The notes below the pieces were generated by a model, which saw nothing but the letters and a program-made list of their open reading frames with translations, ran no database searches and was not told where the DNA came from. This document shows positions 28,887-39,849 of a stretch of DNA of 64,000 bases, piece by piece. Location: contig QMVG01000001.1 in assembly GCA_003660975.1 (NCBI GenBank), positions 64,001 to 128,000 of the forward strand, in the 5' to 3' direction. Both the position numbers and the translations under genes were made by a program. This stretch comes from Candidatus Micrarchaeota archaeon (GTDB taxonomy: Archaea > B1Sed10-29 > B47-G15). How positions within the stretch are numbered: the stretch's first letter is position 1; each line of letters starts with the position of its first letter.

Positions 28887-31076
28887 GTGGGAAGAATTGA
28901 AAAGATGGCTGAAAAAGTTAGACAATTAATGGATAAACAGGAATCAATTAGGAATATAGGCATAGTGGCACACATTGACCATGGAAAAACAACAATGACG
29001 GATAACCTAATAGCTGGAGCAGGTCTAATGAGTGAAGACCTCGCAGGTAAAGAACTTGTTATGGATTCTTATGAGCTGGAAGCTGAGAGAGGAATAACAA
29101 TTATGGCTGCGAACATCAGCATGGTCTATAATCATGAAAACAAAGAGTATCTAATAAATCTTATAGATACTCCGGGACACGTTGACTTTGGAGGAGAGGT
29201 AACAAGAGCTATGAGGGCTGTTGATGGGGTTGTCGTTGTTGTCTGTGCTGTTGAAGGTGTCATGCCTCAGACAGAAACAGTATTAAAACAAGCCCTAAAA
29301 GAAAAAGTAAAGCCTATTTTATACATCAACAAGGTAGACAGGTTAATTAACGAACTGAAAGTTGATGAAAAACAGATGCAGGAAAGGTTTATTAAAATAA
29401 TAAATAGAGTGAATGAATTGATAGGTAGATACGCTCACCCAGAATTTAAAGAGAAATGGAAAGTGAAAGTTTCTGATGGAAGTGTGGTGTTTGGAAGTGC
29501 TTATAACAATTGGGCCATAAGTGTCCCTCTTATGCAGAAAACAGGTATAGGCTTCAAACAGATTTACGAGTATTCAAAGAATGAGCAGCAAAAGGAATTA
29601 GCAAAGAAGATACCTGGCTATCTGAGTGTCGTTGATGCTATAATAAAGCATTTGCCAAACCCCAAAGAAGCTCAGAGGTACAGAATACCCCACATATGGA
29701 AAGGAGATGCTAATTCAGACATAGGAAAGGATATGATAGAGTGCAATGCAGATGGAAAAACTGTCATTATGATAACAAGCATAGATGTTGACCCACATGC
29801 AGGAGAAATTGCTACTGGCAGAGTTTATTCTGGAAAAGTTAAAAAAGGCGATAAGCTATATTTGATAAACTCAGGAAGAGAGAATACAGTCCAGCAGGTT
29901 GCTATATACATGAACACAGGCAGAGTGCAAATGGAAGAGATACCTGCTGGCAATATAGCGGCAATAAGTGGTCTCAGAGACGCATATGCTGGTGAGACAG
30001 CAGCGGTAGAGAAAATAGAGCCTTTTGAATCAATAAAGCATTACTCTGAGCCAGTAATGACCAAGTCGATAGAGGCAAAGAATCCGAAGGATTTGCCACG
30101 ATTAATAGAGGTGCTGAGACAAGTAGCAAAAGAAGACCCCACCGTAAAAGTAGAAATAAACGAGGAAACCGGCGAGCACCTTGTTTCTGGCATGGGAGAG
30201 CTACATCTGGAGATTGTAGAACACATAATCCAGCACGATAAGGGTGTAGAAATAACAACAAGTAGGCCTATAGTGCTTTACAGGGAAACTGTAACAAAGC
30301 CGGGCAAGATGGTTGAAGGAAAATCCCCTAACAAGCACAATAAATTCTATTTAACTGCAGAACCTATGCCTGAGAATATTTACAAGGCCATAATTGAGGG
30401 AGAGATACCAGAAGGAAAGCCGAAAAATCCAAAGGAGTTGGCTCAAAAGCTCAGAGAATATGGAATAGATAAGGAAGAGGCCAAGAAGGTCTGGGACATA
30501 TACAACCACAACATGTTTATAGATGTCACAAAGGGCGTTCAGTACTTAAATGAAACAAAAGAATTAATAATACAGGCATTTGAAGAAGCTATGAGAGAAG
30601 GGCCATTAGCCCAAGAGAAATGCACAAAGGTTATAATAAAATTACACGATGCTAAGCTCCACGAAGACGCGGTACACAGAGGACCCTCTCAAGTTATACC
30701 TGCGGTGAAAAGGGCTATTTTGGCTGCTATGCTCTACGCTGATGCCCAATTAATGGAACCAAAACAAAAATTATTTATAAACGTTCCACAGGAATATATG
30801 AATGCTGTAACAAAACAGATACAGGGCATGAGAGGACAGATCCTGAACATGGAACAGGACGAGGACCACCTAACCATTGTGTCAAAAGTGCCCGTGTCCA
30901 AGACCTTTGGTTTTGCAGCAGAGATTAGGTCTGCAACACAAGGCAGGGCGATGTGGAGCACAGAATACGCAGGATATGAATTGCTACCAAGAGAATTGCA
31001 GGAGGAAACAATAAAACAAATAAGAGAGAGGAAAGGTCTTGGAAAGAGAAAAACAGCTGAGGGATTCCTTGAATAA
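28887..31076 (+). CDS. fusA: elongation factor EF-2
   Basis: [17 protein letters not shown], diphthamide His in EDAVHRG. GTG start after SD AGGTGA. Confidence 0.97.
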   Translation: MGRIEKMAEKVRQLMDKQESIRNIGIVAHIDHGKTTMTDNLIAGAGLMSEDLAGKELVMDSYELEAERGITIMAANISMVYNHENKEYLINLIDTPGHVDFGGEVTRAMRAVDGVVVVVCAVEGVMPQTETVLKQALKEKVKPILYINKVDRLINELKVDEKQMQERFIKIINRVNELIGRYAHPEFKEKWKVKVSDGSVVFGSAYNNWAISVPLMQKTGIGFKQIYEYSKNEQQKELAKKIPGYLSVVDAIIKHLPNPKEAQRYRIPHIWKGDANSDIGKDMIECNADGKTVIMITSIDVDPHAGEIATGRVYSGKVKKGDKLYLINSGRENTVQQVAIYMNTGRVQMEEIPAGNIAAISGLRDAYAGETAAVEKIEPFESIKHYSEPVMTKSIEAKNPKDLPRLIEVLRQVAKEDPTVKVEINEETGEHLVSGMGELHLEIVEHIIQHDKGVEITTSRPIVLYRETVTKPGKMVEGKSPNKHNKFYLTAEPMPENIYKAIIEGEIPEGKPKNPKELAQKLREYGIDKEEAKKVWDIYNHNMFIDVTKGVQYLNETKELIIQAFEEAMREGPLAQEKCTKVIIKLHDAKLHEDAVHRGPSQVIPAVKRAILAAMLYADAQLMEPKQKLFINVPQEYMNAVTKQIQGMRGQILNMEQDEDHLTIVSKVPVSKTFGFAAEIRSATQGRAMWSTEYAGYELLPRELQEETIKQIRERKGLGKRKTAEGFLE

Positions 31077-31102
31077 AATAATACTTATGGAGGTGTAATG
31101 CA

Positions 31103-32371
31103 ATGGCAGATAGGATACACATGAACCTTGTGTTCATAGGACACGTTGACCACGGAAAGTCAACTACAGTTGGTAGGCTCCTTTTGGATTCTGGAGCCAT
31201 AACAGATGCTCAACTTAGGAAGTTGAAGGAAGAGGCCGAGAAGCTCGGAAAACCTACGTTTGAGTTTGCCTTTGTCATGGACAAGCTAAAGGAGGAAAGA
31301 GAAAGAGGAGTTACAATAGACGTAATGCACAAAGACTTCAAAACGCAGAAGTATTATTTCACAATAATCGACGCACCAGGCCACAGAGACTTCGTGAAAA
31401 ACATGATTACAGGGACAAGCCAGGCAGATGCAGCAGTTTTGGTAGTGTCTGCTAAAGAAGGACAGCAGGAGCAAACAAAAGAACACGCTTTTCTCGCAAA
31501 GACATTGGGAGTAAAGCAGATGATAGTGACCATAAACAAAATGGACACGGTAGACTATGCCGAATCCAGATTTAACGAGGTTAAAAATGACGTATCAAAG
31601 CTTTTGAAAACAATCGGTTACAACATTGAGAAGGTCCCATTTGTCCCAATAAGCGCATACAAAGGAGACAACGTTGTAAAGAAATCAGAGAACATGGCAT
31701 GGTACAAGGGCAAAACACTTATAGAAACGCTTGATGACTTAGAACCGCCAGAGAAGCACACTGATAAGCCCCTTAGACTGCCTATACAGGATGTCTACAA
31801 TATTACTGGAGTGGGCATGGTTCCTGTAGGTAGAGTAGAAACAGGAGTACTAAAAACAGGGGACAAAGTGATAATAATGCCTTCAGGAGCGGTTGGTGAA
31901 GTAAAGAGCATTGAAATGCACCACCAACCAATGCAGCAAGCAGAACCAGGAGACAACATTGGCTTTAACCTTAAAGGCGTTGACAAAAAAGCAGTAAAGA
32001 GGGGAGATGTAGTGGGACATCCAGAGAACCCCCCAACAGTTGCGGAAGAATTCACAGCGCAAATAGTGGTGTTGAATCACCCAACTGCAATAACCGTTGG
32101 TTATCAGCCAGTTATTCACTGCCATACAGCACAGGTTGCTTGCAGTGTTACTGAGATAGTCAAGAAAATAGATCCAAAAACAGGACAAGCATTGGAGGAA
32201 AAGCCAGATTTCATAAAGACAGGGGATGTGGCAGTTGTAAAGTTCAAACCAACAAGGCCAATGGTAGTAGAGAGATCGCAGGACTTCCCACAGCTGGGAA
32301 GATTTGCAGTCAGGGATATGGGAAGAACGATTGCAGCAGGCATGGTGATAGATGTAAAGAAGAAGGCCTAA
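31103..32371 (+). CDS. tuf: elongation factor EF-1 alpha
   Basis: [21 protein letters not shown] and GRFAVRDMG motifs. Confidence 0.97.
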   Translation: MADRIHMNLVFIGHVDHGKSTTVGRLLLDSGAITDAQLRKLKEEAEKLGKPTFEFAFVMDKLKEERERGVTIDVMHKDFKTQKYYFTIIDAPGHRDFVKNMITGTSQADAAVLVVSAKEGQQEQTKEHAFLAKTLGVKQMIVTINKMDTVDYAESRFNEVKNDVSKLLKTIGYNIEKVPFVPISAYKGDNVVKKSENMAWYKGKTLIETLDDLEPPEKHTDKPLRLPIQDVYNITGVGMVPVGRVETGVLKTGDKVIIMPSGAVGEVKSIEMHHQPMQQAEPGDNIGFNLKGVDKKAVKRGDVVGHPENPPTVAEEFTAQIVVLNHPTAITVGYQPVIHCHTAQVACSVTEIVKKIDPKTGQALEEKPDFIKTGDVAVVKFKPTRPMVVERSQDFPQLGRFAVRDMGRTIAAGMVIDVKKKA

Positions 32372-32408
32372 CCCCTCTTTCTCCCTTTTTCTCATTATGG
32401 TGAAAAGA

Positions 32409-32723
32409 ATGACGCAGATTGCGAGTATAAAGCTAATAAGCCCTGATTACAAGAAGTTAGAAGAAGTGTGCAATGAGATAAAATCAATAGCCTCAAAAAC
32501 GGGAGCCAAGGTATCAGGACCTATCCCTTTACCTACCAAAAAACTTGTTGTTCCAACTATGAAAAGCCCTTGCGGTGATGGTAGTGAGACGTATGAACAC
32601 TGGCAGATGAGAATCCACAAGAGGCTGATAAACATACAGGCTGATGAAAGGACACTTAGGCAAATAATGAGAGTTCAGGTGCCAGATCAAGTACACATAG
32701 AGATCGAATTGAGAAATGCGTAG
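32409..32723 (+). CDS. rps10: 30S ribosomal protein uS10
   Basis: [15 protein letters not shown] and MRIHKRLI motifs. Confidence 0.96.
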   Translation: MTQIASIKLISPDYKKLEEVCNEIKSIASKTGAKVSGPIPLPTKKLVVPTMKSPCGDGSETYEHWQMRIHKRLINIQADERTLRQIMRVQVPDQVHIEIELRNA

Positions 32724-32777
32724 GCAAACGCTTTTTTATATCTCTTATTAATAATTTATACGCCTAGAAATATCTAT

Positions 32778-32859
32778 GCCGGGGTGGCAGAGTGGTAATG
32801 CGCACGCCTTGAGAGCGTGTGCCCTTCGGGGCATGTGGGTTCGAATCCCACCCCCGGCG
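32778..32859 (+). tRNA. tRNA-Ser(TGA)
   Basis: Anticodon arm CACGC-CT-TGA-GA-GCGTG, long variable arm, G73. Confidence 0.95.
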
Positions 32860-32894
32860 TAAGCTTTTTTATCTTCGCTTGTTATTACTTAGTT

Positions 32895-33596
32895 ATGTCA
32901 CTGAGAGCCAGAAAAAAACTTGAAGACATAGAAAAAAGAGAGAGGGGAAAGAAAAAGGAGGAATGGCTGAAAAGATGGAATGACTACAAAGCAGAGAAAA
33001 GGAAAAGCAAGGAAACAGAGATATTTCTAATAACTCATCCCTTGGCCCATTCTAGGCACTTTAGTAAAAAAGAGAAGGAAAGGATGCTAGAGGTATACAG
33101 ATATGACGTTGAGAGAGCTATGAGTAATGAAAATGCTATTGTTGTCATGCAAAATGTGCCACAGGAACTTAGGGAGGAGGTTAAAAGGCTTAGGTTTAGG
33201 GATAAATTTTTTACGTTGGATGAGATAAAAGAGGGCAAGGTAGCTGTTGGAAAAAACGCAAAGCTTATTGTAAGGGGAGAATATATGGACATATGTGCCT
33301 CAACAGAAGCAGGATTCATTGCTGCTAAATTTGGCCTAAAACCTGAAAATGTTAAGTTTGAGATAGATGAAGCTTATGTTGCAGATGATGTAAGGCACTA
33401 TGCAATACATTTGAACTCAAAACAAGCTTTCAACAATTTTCTAAAGGGGTTCCTGCTTGGAAAAAGGAGAATGAGTAAAAAAGAATTAGAAAGGTTAAAA
33501 AGCAACTGGGAGAGGATATTTGACATAGAACATGGGCTCCACAAGAAGAGATTATGGCTTGCCCATGAAAAGGCAAGGAGGAAAAGGAATGTTTGA
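32895..33596 (+). CDS. hypothetical basic protein, possible cysteine-hydrolase-like core
   Basis: ATG 32895 after tRNA-Ser. FLITHP and VRGEYMDICASTEA segments. Confidence 0.65.
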   Translation: MSLRARKKLEDIEKRERGKKKEEWLKRWNDYKAEKRKSKETEIFLITHPLAHSRHFSKKEKERMLEVYRYDVERAMSNENAIVVMQNVPQELREEVKRLRFRDKFFTLDEIKEGKVAVGKNAKLIVRGEYMDICASTEAGFIAAKFGLKPENVKFEIDEAYVADDVRHYAIHLNSKQAFNNFLKGFLLGKRRMSKKELERLKSNWERIFDIEHGLHKKRLWLAHEKARRKRNV

Positions 33597-33996
33597 AACC
33601 TTTGAGCATAAGGCAGACATTGGTGTTAGGGGCATTGGAAAGACAATTGAGGAGGCTTTTGAGGAAGCAGCTAAAGCCATGTTCTCAATAATGTTTGACA
33701 TAAATTGCATTGAAAAAAAGGAGAAAGTAACATTGAAATGCAATGGAGATGATTTAGAGATGTTGCTTGTTGAGTGGCTTAATACCTTGCTTGCTGAAGC
33801 AGACCTAAGAGGCCTTGCATTTTCTGAATTCAGGGCAAAGATAGAGCAGAACAGTTTAAAAGGTGAGGCATATGGTGAAAAGTTAAATGTAAAGAAACAC
33901 AAAGCAAAGACAGAGGTCAAAGCAGCCACGTATTCAAATCTCAAGGTTTATGAGGATAATGGAAGATGGATTGCTGAGTGTATCGTAGATGTATAG
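33589..33996 (+). CDS. archease
   Basis: FEHKADIG, EVKAATY and terminal IVDV; adjacent to rtcB. Confidence 0.94.
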   Translation: MFETFEHKADIGVRGIGKTIEEAFEEAAKAMFSIMFDINCIEKKEKVTLKCNGDDLEMLLVEWLNTLLAEADLRGLAFSEFRAKIEQNSLKGEAYGEKLNVKKHKAKTEVKAATYSNLKVYEDNGRWIAECIVDV

Positions 33997-35436
33997 GTGA
34001 AGACTGTGGACCCATCATTATTTAAAAAAATAAGTGAATATGAGTGGGAAATTGAAAAGCAGGGAGAGATGAACGTAAAGGCCAAAATATTTGCCTCAGA
34101 AAACTTGCTTCTGAAAATGGACGAAAAAGTAAAAGAGCAATTGATGAATGTAGCTTCCTTGCCTGGCATTGTAGAAGCTGCAATGGCAATGAGTGATGCC
34201 CATTGGGGTTATGGTTTTCCCATAGGCGGCGTGGCTGCGTTTGACGGAAATGAAGGGGGAGTGCTAAGTGTTGGAGGGGTTGGCTTTGATATAAACTGCG
34301 GTGTGAGGACCATGTCAACTAACTTATCAGTAGATGACATAAAAGGAAAAGAAGAGATTATTGCAGATGCTCTTTTCAAAAATGTTCCTGCTGGTTTGGG
34401 AAGTACTGGAAAAATTAAGCTAAATCTCTATGGCATTGATGAGGTGCTCAGAGGAGGAGCAGAGTGGGCTGTTGATAAGGGTTATGGGATCCCGGAAGAT
34501 TTGAATTTCATTGAAGAGAATGGAAAAATGGAAAACGCTGACCCCTCAAAGGTCTCGGATATGGCAAAAAAGAGGCAATTTAAAGAAGTTGGAACCTTGG
34601 GAAGCGGCAACCATTACCTAGAGGTTCAGGTTGTAGATAAGATATATGATGAAAAACTGGCTAAAAAACTTGGATTTTTTGAAGGGAAGGTCATGGTATC
34701 ATTCCACACAGGGTCAAGGGCATTGGGGCATCAAATAGGCATGGATTACTTGAAAATATTGGCCCATGCCTCCAAGAAATATGGGATAAAAATTAGAGAT
34801 AGGGAGCTTGTCTGTGCTCCTATCAGCTCAAAGGAAGGTCAAGATTACTTTGCTGCTGTAAACGCAGGTATGAATTGTGCATTCGCTAATAGACAGGTGA
34901 TAGCACATCTTGTTAGGGAAAGTATAGAAAGCATAATACCACACGCAGAAGTAAAAACATTCTACGAAATAGGACATAACACCTGCAAGGTTGAAAAGCA
35001 TGTAATAGATGGTAAGGAAAGAAGCTTGTATGTTCACAGGAAGGGAGCTACCAGGGCTTTTGGTCCTAAAAGAAAAGAAATTCCAAAGGAATACAGGGAC
35101 ATGGGTCAACCTGTCTTAATAGGGGGAAGTATGGGCACATATTCATATATACTGCTTGGCACAGAATTGGGTATGAAAAAGGCATTTGGTAGTGCGTGTC
35201 ATGGTGCTGGAAGGAGCAAATCAAGAAGGCAGGCAAAAAGAGAACAGCGCGGTGAAGAGGTCATAAGAAAACTAAAGGAAAGAGGCATTGTTGTAAGATA
35301 TCATTCTGCTTCAGGTGTCGCGGAAGAGGCTCCTGAGGCATATAAAGATGTTGTTGAAGTTGTTGATAGCATAGCAAACGCAGGCCTTGCAAAGAAGTTA
35401 GTAAGGTTGAGGCCAATAATAAATGTGAAAGGATAA
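33997..35436 (+). CDS. rtcB: RNA-splicing ligase RtcB
   Basis: DAHWGYGFPIG, GFDINCG, GTLGSGNHY, HRKGAT and HGAGR motifs. Confidence 0.96.
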   Translation: MKTVDPSLFKKISEYEWEIEKQGEMNVKAKIFASENLLLKMDEKVKEQLMNVASLPGIVEAAMAMSDAHWGYGFPIGGVAAFDGNEGGVLSVGGVGFDINCGVRTMSTNLSVDDIKGKEEIIADALFKNVPAGLGSTGKIKLNLYGIDEVLRGGAEWAVDKGYGIPEDLNFIEENGKMENADPSKVSDMAKKRQFKEVGTLGSGNHYLEVQVVDKIYDEKLAKKLGFFEGKVMVSFHTGSRALGHQIGMDYLKILAHASKKYGIKIRDRELVCAPISSKEGQDYFAAVNAGMNCAFANRQVIAHLVRESIESIIPHAEVKTFYEIGHNTCKVEKHVIDGKERSLYVHRKGATRAFGPKRKEIPKEYRDMGQPVLIGGSMGTYSYILLGTELGMKKAFGSACHGAGRSKSRRQAKREQRGEEVIRKLKERGIVVRYHSASGVAEEAPEAYKDVVEVVDSIANAGLAKKLVRLRPIINVKG

Positions 35437-35472
35437 AAAGAAATCTTTATAAATAATACAGTACAAAATACT

Positions 35473-35527
35473 AGGCGAGTTATTATTTTTGTGACTCCTT
35501 TTGTCCGGCGTTGGGGGCCAAAGGCCT
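35473..35527 (+). promoter_or_regulatory. putative structured leader (three-way junction) of the rpl3 operon
   Basis: AGGC/GCCT closes hairpins GAGTTAT/GTGACTC and CTTTTGTCC/GGGCCAAAG. TATA-like TTTATAAA about 25 nt upstream. Confidence 0.5.
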
Positions 35528-35565
35528 TTCTTGTTCAATGTTATTGATTTTCAATGTGATAAACA

Positions 35566-36555
35566 ATGGGAAAACGTAGTGGACCTAGAAGGGGAAGCTT
35601 GGCTTTCTACCCACGAAAGCGGGCTTCAAGGATTTACCCTACTGTTAAGACAGTAAAAGCAGATGGTGAGACAAAGCTTCCTGTTTTTGCTGGATACAAA
35701 GCAGGTATGACGCATATCATTGCTCTGGACACCTATCAGAATTCTCCAACATATGGCCATAAAATAAGCATACCTGTAACTATTGTTGAAACTCCTCCTT
35801 TAAGAATATTCGGTATAAGGCTTTACAAAAGCAATGATTATGGTGCTCTTAATTGCATTGGAGAATTACTTAGTGAGAAATTAGAAAAGGACCTTGGGAG
35901 AAAGATAACGCTTCCGAAAAAATATGACATTAAAAAAAGAGAGGAAGAAATAACAAAGGAGTTGAACGATGCTAAAAGCATCAGAGTCATGGTGCATACA
36001 CAACCAAGAAAGATAGGGCTCAAGAAAAAACCAGAGCTTTTTGAGATCCCTTTGCTTGGGAATACAATAGATGAGATGTGGAAATTCGCTAGAGAAATGC
36101 TTGGAAAAGATGTGGATATTTCTTCTGTGTTCAATGAGGGTGATTTTGTTGATGTTGTAGCTGTCACAAAAGGCAAGGGAACACAAGGCCCTGTGAAGAG
36201 GTTTGGCATCAAAATACAACCAAGAAAGAACAAGGGACATAGGAGATTCCCTGGAGCTATAGGGGCGTGGACTCCTTCCAGAGTTCTCTGGACGGTTCCG
36301 ATGCAAGGTCAGATGGGCTTCCAAAGGAGAACTGAGCTGAATAAGAGAATACTGAAAATCGGAGATAAGCCTGAAGAGATAAATCCAAAAGGAGGCATCC
36401 CGCACTATGGTCTTATAAGAGCTTCGTATGTTTTATTGCAAGGCAGTATCCCAGGCCCCAAAAAACGCTTGGTTGTGTTCAGAAAAGCAATAAGGCAAAA
36501 TAAAGAAAAGCCTATGCCCTCAATACTTGAAATCTCTTTGGAACCTAAGCAGTGA
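35566..36555 (+). CDS. rpl3: 50S ribosomal protein uL3
   Basis: PRRGSL, GYKAGMTH and TKGKGTQGPVKRFG motifs. Confidence 0.96.
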   Translation: MGKRSGPRRGSLAFYPRKRASRIYPTVKTVKADGETKLPVFAGYKAGMTHIIALDTYQNSPTYGHKISIPVTIVETPPLRIFGIRLYKSNDYGALNCIGELLSEKLEKDLGRKITLPKKYDIKKREEEITKELNDAKSIRVMVHTQPRKIGLKKKPELFEIPLLGNTIDEMWKFAREMLGKDVDISSVFNEGDFVDVVAVTKGKGTQGPVKRFGIKIQPRKNKGHRRFPGAIGAWTPSRVLWTVPMQGQMGFQRRTELNKRILKIGDKPEEINPKGGIPHYGLIRASYVLLQGSIPGPKKRLVVFRKAIRQNKEKPMPSILEISLEPKQ

Positions 36556-36560
36556 TCTTT

Positions 36561-37367
36561 ATGAAAGCGAAAGTTTACTCATTGGACGGCCAGGTAAAAA
36601 AGGAGATAGAACTCCCTAAGGTATTTAATGAGAGTGTTAGGGATGATCTCATAAGAAGAGCTGTCCATGCTTTGCAGACTCACAGGCTCCAGCCCAAAGG
36701 CAGCTATCCCTTAGCAGGTCTGCAAACATCTGCAGAGTACATCGGCAGAAGGAGGGCGTTTAGGTCTGGGGCGACGAGAGGCATTTCGCGATTGCCTAGA
36801 GAAAAGTTAGGCGGAGGAGGTCTTGGAGAGGTTAAAAGAGTGCCCCATGCTAAGGGAGGAAGGAGGGCCCATCCACCTAAGGTAGAGCGCATCATCTATG
36901 AAAAAATAAACAAAAAAGAGCGAAAAAAGGCCTTGGCTTCTGCCGTTGCAGCAACTGGAAAGTTGGAACTTGTTAAGGAAAGGGGGCATAAGGTAGACGA
37001 AAAGAAGGGACTGCCACTGATTATAGAAAGCGGGATTGAAACTGTGAAGAAAAGTAAAGATGCGCTGAATGTTTTGCTTGCTTTGGGTTTGGCCAAAGAA
37101 CTTGAAAGAGCCTCAGAGAAAAAAATAAGAGCAGGAAAAGGCAAAACAAGAGGTAGAAAGTATAAGAGAAGGAAAGGGGTTTTGGTCGTCTTGAGCAATA
37201 AAGAAGCGCTGAAAGCCTTTAGGAATATCCAAGGTGTTGATGCTGAACTTGTTGAGAACTTGAATGTGGAATTGCTTGCCCCTGGCGGACAAGCTGGGAG
37301 ATTGACAGTTTTCAGTGAGAATGCTCTTAAAAAGTTAGATAAGGTCTGTGGTTTAAATGGTAGTTGA
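36561..37367 (+). CDS. rpl4: 50S ribosomal protein uL4
   Basis: GGRRAHPP, RAGKGK and LAPGG motifs. Confidence 0.95.
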   Translation: MKAKVYSLDGQVKKEIELPKVFNESVRDDLIRRAVHALQTHRLQPKGSYPLAGLQTSAEYIGRRRAFRSGATRGISRLPREKLGGGGLGEVKRVPHAKGGRRAHPPKVERIIYEKINKKERKKALASAVAATGKLELVKERGHKVDEKKGLPLIIESGIETVKKSKDALNVLLALGLAKELERASEKKIRAGKGKTRGRKYKRRKGVLVVLSNKEALKAFRNIQGVDAELVENLNVELLAPGGQAGRLTVFSENALKKLDKVCGLNGS

Positions 37368-37605
37368 GTATCCTTTGTTAACAGAAAAGGCAGTTGCTTT
37401 AATCGAAAAAGAGAATAAAATAGTGTTTATAGTAAATGACAAAGCGGCAAAGAGAGAAATCAAAGATGAAATTGAAAGACTGTATGATGTGAAGGTAGAG
37501 AGAGTTAATGTATTGAAAAGTATAAAAGGAAGGAAAAAAGCATATGTGAAACTTGCTGAGCCATACAAGGCTTCTGATTTAGCAACTAAATTAAAGATTA
37601 TATAA
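37357..37605 (+). CDS. rpl23: 50S ribosomal protein uL23
   Basis: PLLTEKA and KKAYVKL motifs. Confidence 0.95.
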   Translation: MVVEYPLLTEKAVALIEKENKIVFIVNDKAAKREIKDEIERLYDVKVERVNVLKSIKGRKKAYVKLAEPYKASDLATKLKII

Positions 37606-37614
37606 GTGGTGTGC

Positions 37615-38325
37615 ATGGGAAAGCCGTTAATATCGCAAAGAAGAGGCAAAGGAAGTATCTCGTTTAGGGCACCTTCTCACCGCTTCAAAGTAGATTTGAA
37701 ATACAGAGATTATGATGATAAAACGATGAGGGCAGAGATAGTTAATTTTATAGACGATCCTGGCAGAACGGCGATACTGGCACTTGCCCAGTATGAGGAC
37801 GGAGAAAGAAGGGCATTGCTTGCTCCAGAAGGGATGGTAATAGGGCAAATTATAGAGGACGGCCCATCTGCTAAAGCAGAAATAGGCAATGTAATGCCTT
37901 TGATGCAGATTCCTGAAGGCTTTCCTGTGTTCAATATAGAAAGAAGTCCTGGAGATGGCGGGGCACTTGTCAGAAGCTCTGGTGCCTGCGCATTCATAAT
38001 AAGCAAAGATAAGAAAACAGCAACGATAAAACTGCCTTCTGGCAAAACAACCAGAGTTAACCTTAAATGCAGGGCCACTATTGGTTGTGCCTCCGGAGGT
38101 GGGAGGTTAGAAAAACCACTGCTCAAAGCAGGAAAAGGCCATTTCAAAAACAAAGCAAGAGGCCATTGGTATCCAACAGTGAGGGGCGTTCATATGAACC
38201 CTGTTGACCACCCATTTGGCGGAAAGCAGCACCACGGAGCAAAAACCAAGAAAGGGAAGGGTGGCGCTCCAGGTCAGCATGTTGGTAGTTTTGGGGCCAA
38301 GAGAACTGGTCGTAAGAAGAGGTAA
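37615..38325 (+). CDS. rpl2: 50S ribosomal protein uL2
   Basis: QRRGKGS, DPGRTA and VRGVHMNPVDHPFGG motifs. Confidence 0.96.
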   Translation: MGKPLISQRRGKGSISFRAPSHRFKVDLKYRDYDDKTMRAEIVNFIDDPGRTAILALAQYEDGERRALLAPEGMVIGQIIEDGPSAKAEIGNVMPLMQIPEGFPVFNIERSPGDGGALVRSSGACAFIISKDKKTATIKLPSGKTTRVNLKCRATIGCASGGGRLEKPLLKAGKGHFKNKARGHWYPTVRGVHMNPVDHPFGGKQHHGAKTKKGKGGAPGQHVGSFGAKRTGRKKR

Positions 38326-38329
38326 TTGA

Positions 38330-38722
38330 ATGGCAAAGCAATTTACATACAAAGGCAAAACAATAGAAGAACTGAAACAGATGTCCTTAGATGATTTTGT
38401 AAAGCTATTACCAAGTGATCAGAGAAGAAGTTTCAGGAGAGCCAACTTTACAGAAAAATACAAAAAATTAATGAAAAAGATAGAAAAGAATAAGGGCAAG
38501 GACAAGCCAGTAAGAACCCATTATAGAGACATCATAATCACTCCTGAGATGGTCGGGGCTAAACTGGGCATTCACAATGGAAAGGAATGGGTTGTTGTTC
38601 AGATAACAGAGAAAATGCTTGGCCATAGGTTGGGGGAATTTGCGATTACGCGAAAGAGAGTCATACACTCTGGTCCTGGTATAGGAGCTACGAGAGGCAC
38701 CAAATTTGTCTCTGTAAAGTAA
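38330..38722 (+). CDS. rps19: 30S ribosomal protein uS19
   Basis: RTHYRD and MLGHRLGEF motifs. Confidence 0.95.
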   Translation: MAKQFTYKGKTIEELKQMSLDDFVKLLPSDQRRSFRRANFTEKYKKLMKKIEKNKGKDKPVRTHYRDIIITPEMVGAKLGIHNGKEWVVVQITEKMLGHRLGEFAITRKRVIHSGPGIGATRGTKFVSVK

Positions 38723-38731
38723 GGTGAAGAT

Positions 38732-39166
38732 ATGGCGTACTCATATCAAGGCGATTGGGAAAAAACAGGCAAGGCGATGCTTAGGGACGCCAATGTATCT
38801 TGGAAAGATTGCAATGAAGTGTGCTACGCCATTAGGAATAAAAATGTAGACAAAGCTTTGAAATACCTGGATCGCGTTTTAAAAAAGCAGGACTTTATTC
38901 CATATAGGAGGTATCACAAGAAAAAGCCCCATAGAAAAGGAGGAACTCCTGGTGGATGGCCTATTAAGGCAGTAAAGCTTGTAAAGTCTGTTTTGGAAAA
39001 TGCGAAAGCAAATGCAGAAAATAAGGGCTTGGATGCTAACAAGCTGAAAATAGTTCATTCAACAGCCTACAAAACCATAACTCTTGAAAGGACCAAGCCA
39101 AAAGGCAAGGCGATTGCCCACAATATAGACCTGGCAACAATAGAGATAGTAGTTAAAGAGGTTTGA
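38732..39166 (+). CDS. rpl22: 50S ribosomal protein uL22
   Basis: NAKANAENKGLD; synteny. Confidence 0.93.
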   Translation: MAYSYQGDWEKTGKAMLRDANVSWKDCNEVCYAIRNKNVDKALKYLDRVLKKQDFIPYRRYHKKKPHRKGGTPGGWPIKAVKLVKSVLENAKANAENKGLDANKLKIVHSTAYKTITLERTKPKGKAIAHNIDLATIEIVVKEV

Positions 39167-39168
39167 TT

Positions 39169-39849
39169 ATGATAGAGAAAAATTTCATCAGTGACAGTAT
39201 CAAAAGAGAAAAGGCGAAGGATTTTATAAGGAAAGAAATGGCAAAAGCAGGCATTGTTGATGTGCATATACAAAGGACCACCTTAAACACAAGAATAATA
39301 ATATCAGCCGAGAGACCAGGTATAATAATAGGAAGAAAAGGTAGGGGAATCCTTGAACTAACACAGACTATTGAAAGGGACCTAGGAATTCAAAACCCAC
39401 AAATAGAGCTTGTGGATATTGGAAACCCAGATCTAGAACCGAATGTAATAGCCATGTGGATAGCCAGGATGCTTGAGAGAGGGTATAAGGCAAAAAAAGT
39501 AATGCAGAGGGCACTTTACAGAATCAAAAAAGCGAATGCCATGGGAGCAGAAATAATAATAAGAGGCACTATGCACAAGGGAATAAAATCTAGGCAGGAA
39601 AGAGTGGTGTTCGGTTACCTTAAAAAAGCCGGTAATGATACTAAGCACGTAAAAGAAGCCAAAACCCAGGCAAAACTAAAACAAGGCGTACTTGGAATAA
39701 CTGTTAGAATCGTGCCTCCTGACGTTATATTTGCTGATAAAATTAATATCGCGGAAATAATAAGAAAGGGAGAAGAAAATAAAACGGAGGATAAAAATGG
39801 CAATAATCAGGAAGAAAGAACTGAGAAGCATGGGGAAAGCAGAGCTTAA
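39169..39849 (+). CDS. rps3: 30S ribosomal protein uS3
   Basis: RPGIIIGRKG and GVLGITVRI motifs. Confidence 0.94.
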   Translation: MIEKNFISDSIKREKAKDFIRKEMAKAGIVDVHIQRTTLNTRIIISAERPGIIIGRKGRGILELTQTIERDLGIQNPQIELVDIGNPDLEPNVIAMWIARMLERGYKAKKVMQRALYRIKKANAMGAEIIIRGTMHKGIKSRQERVVFGYLKKAGNDTKHVKEAKTQAKLKQGVLGITVRIVPPDVIFADKINIAEIIRKGEENKTEDKNGNNQEERTEKHGESRA

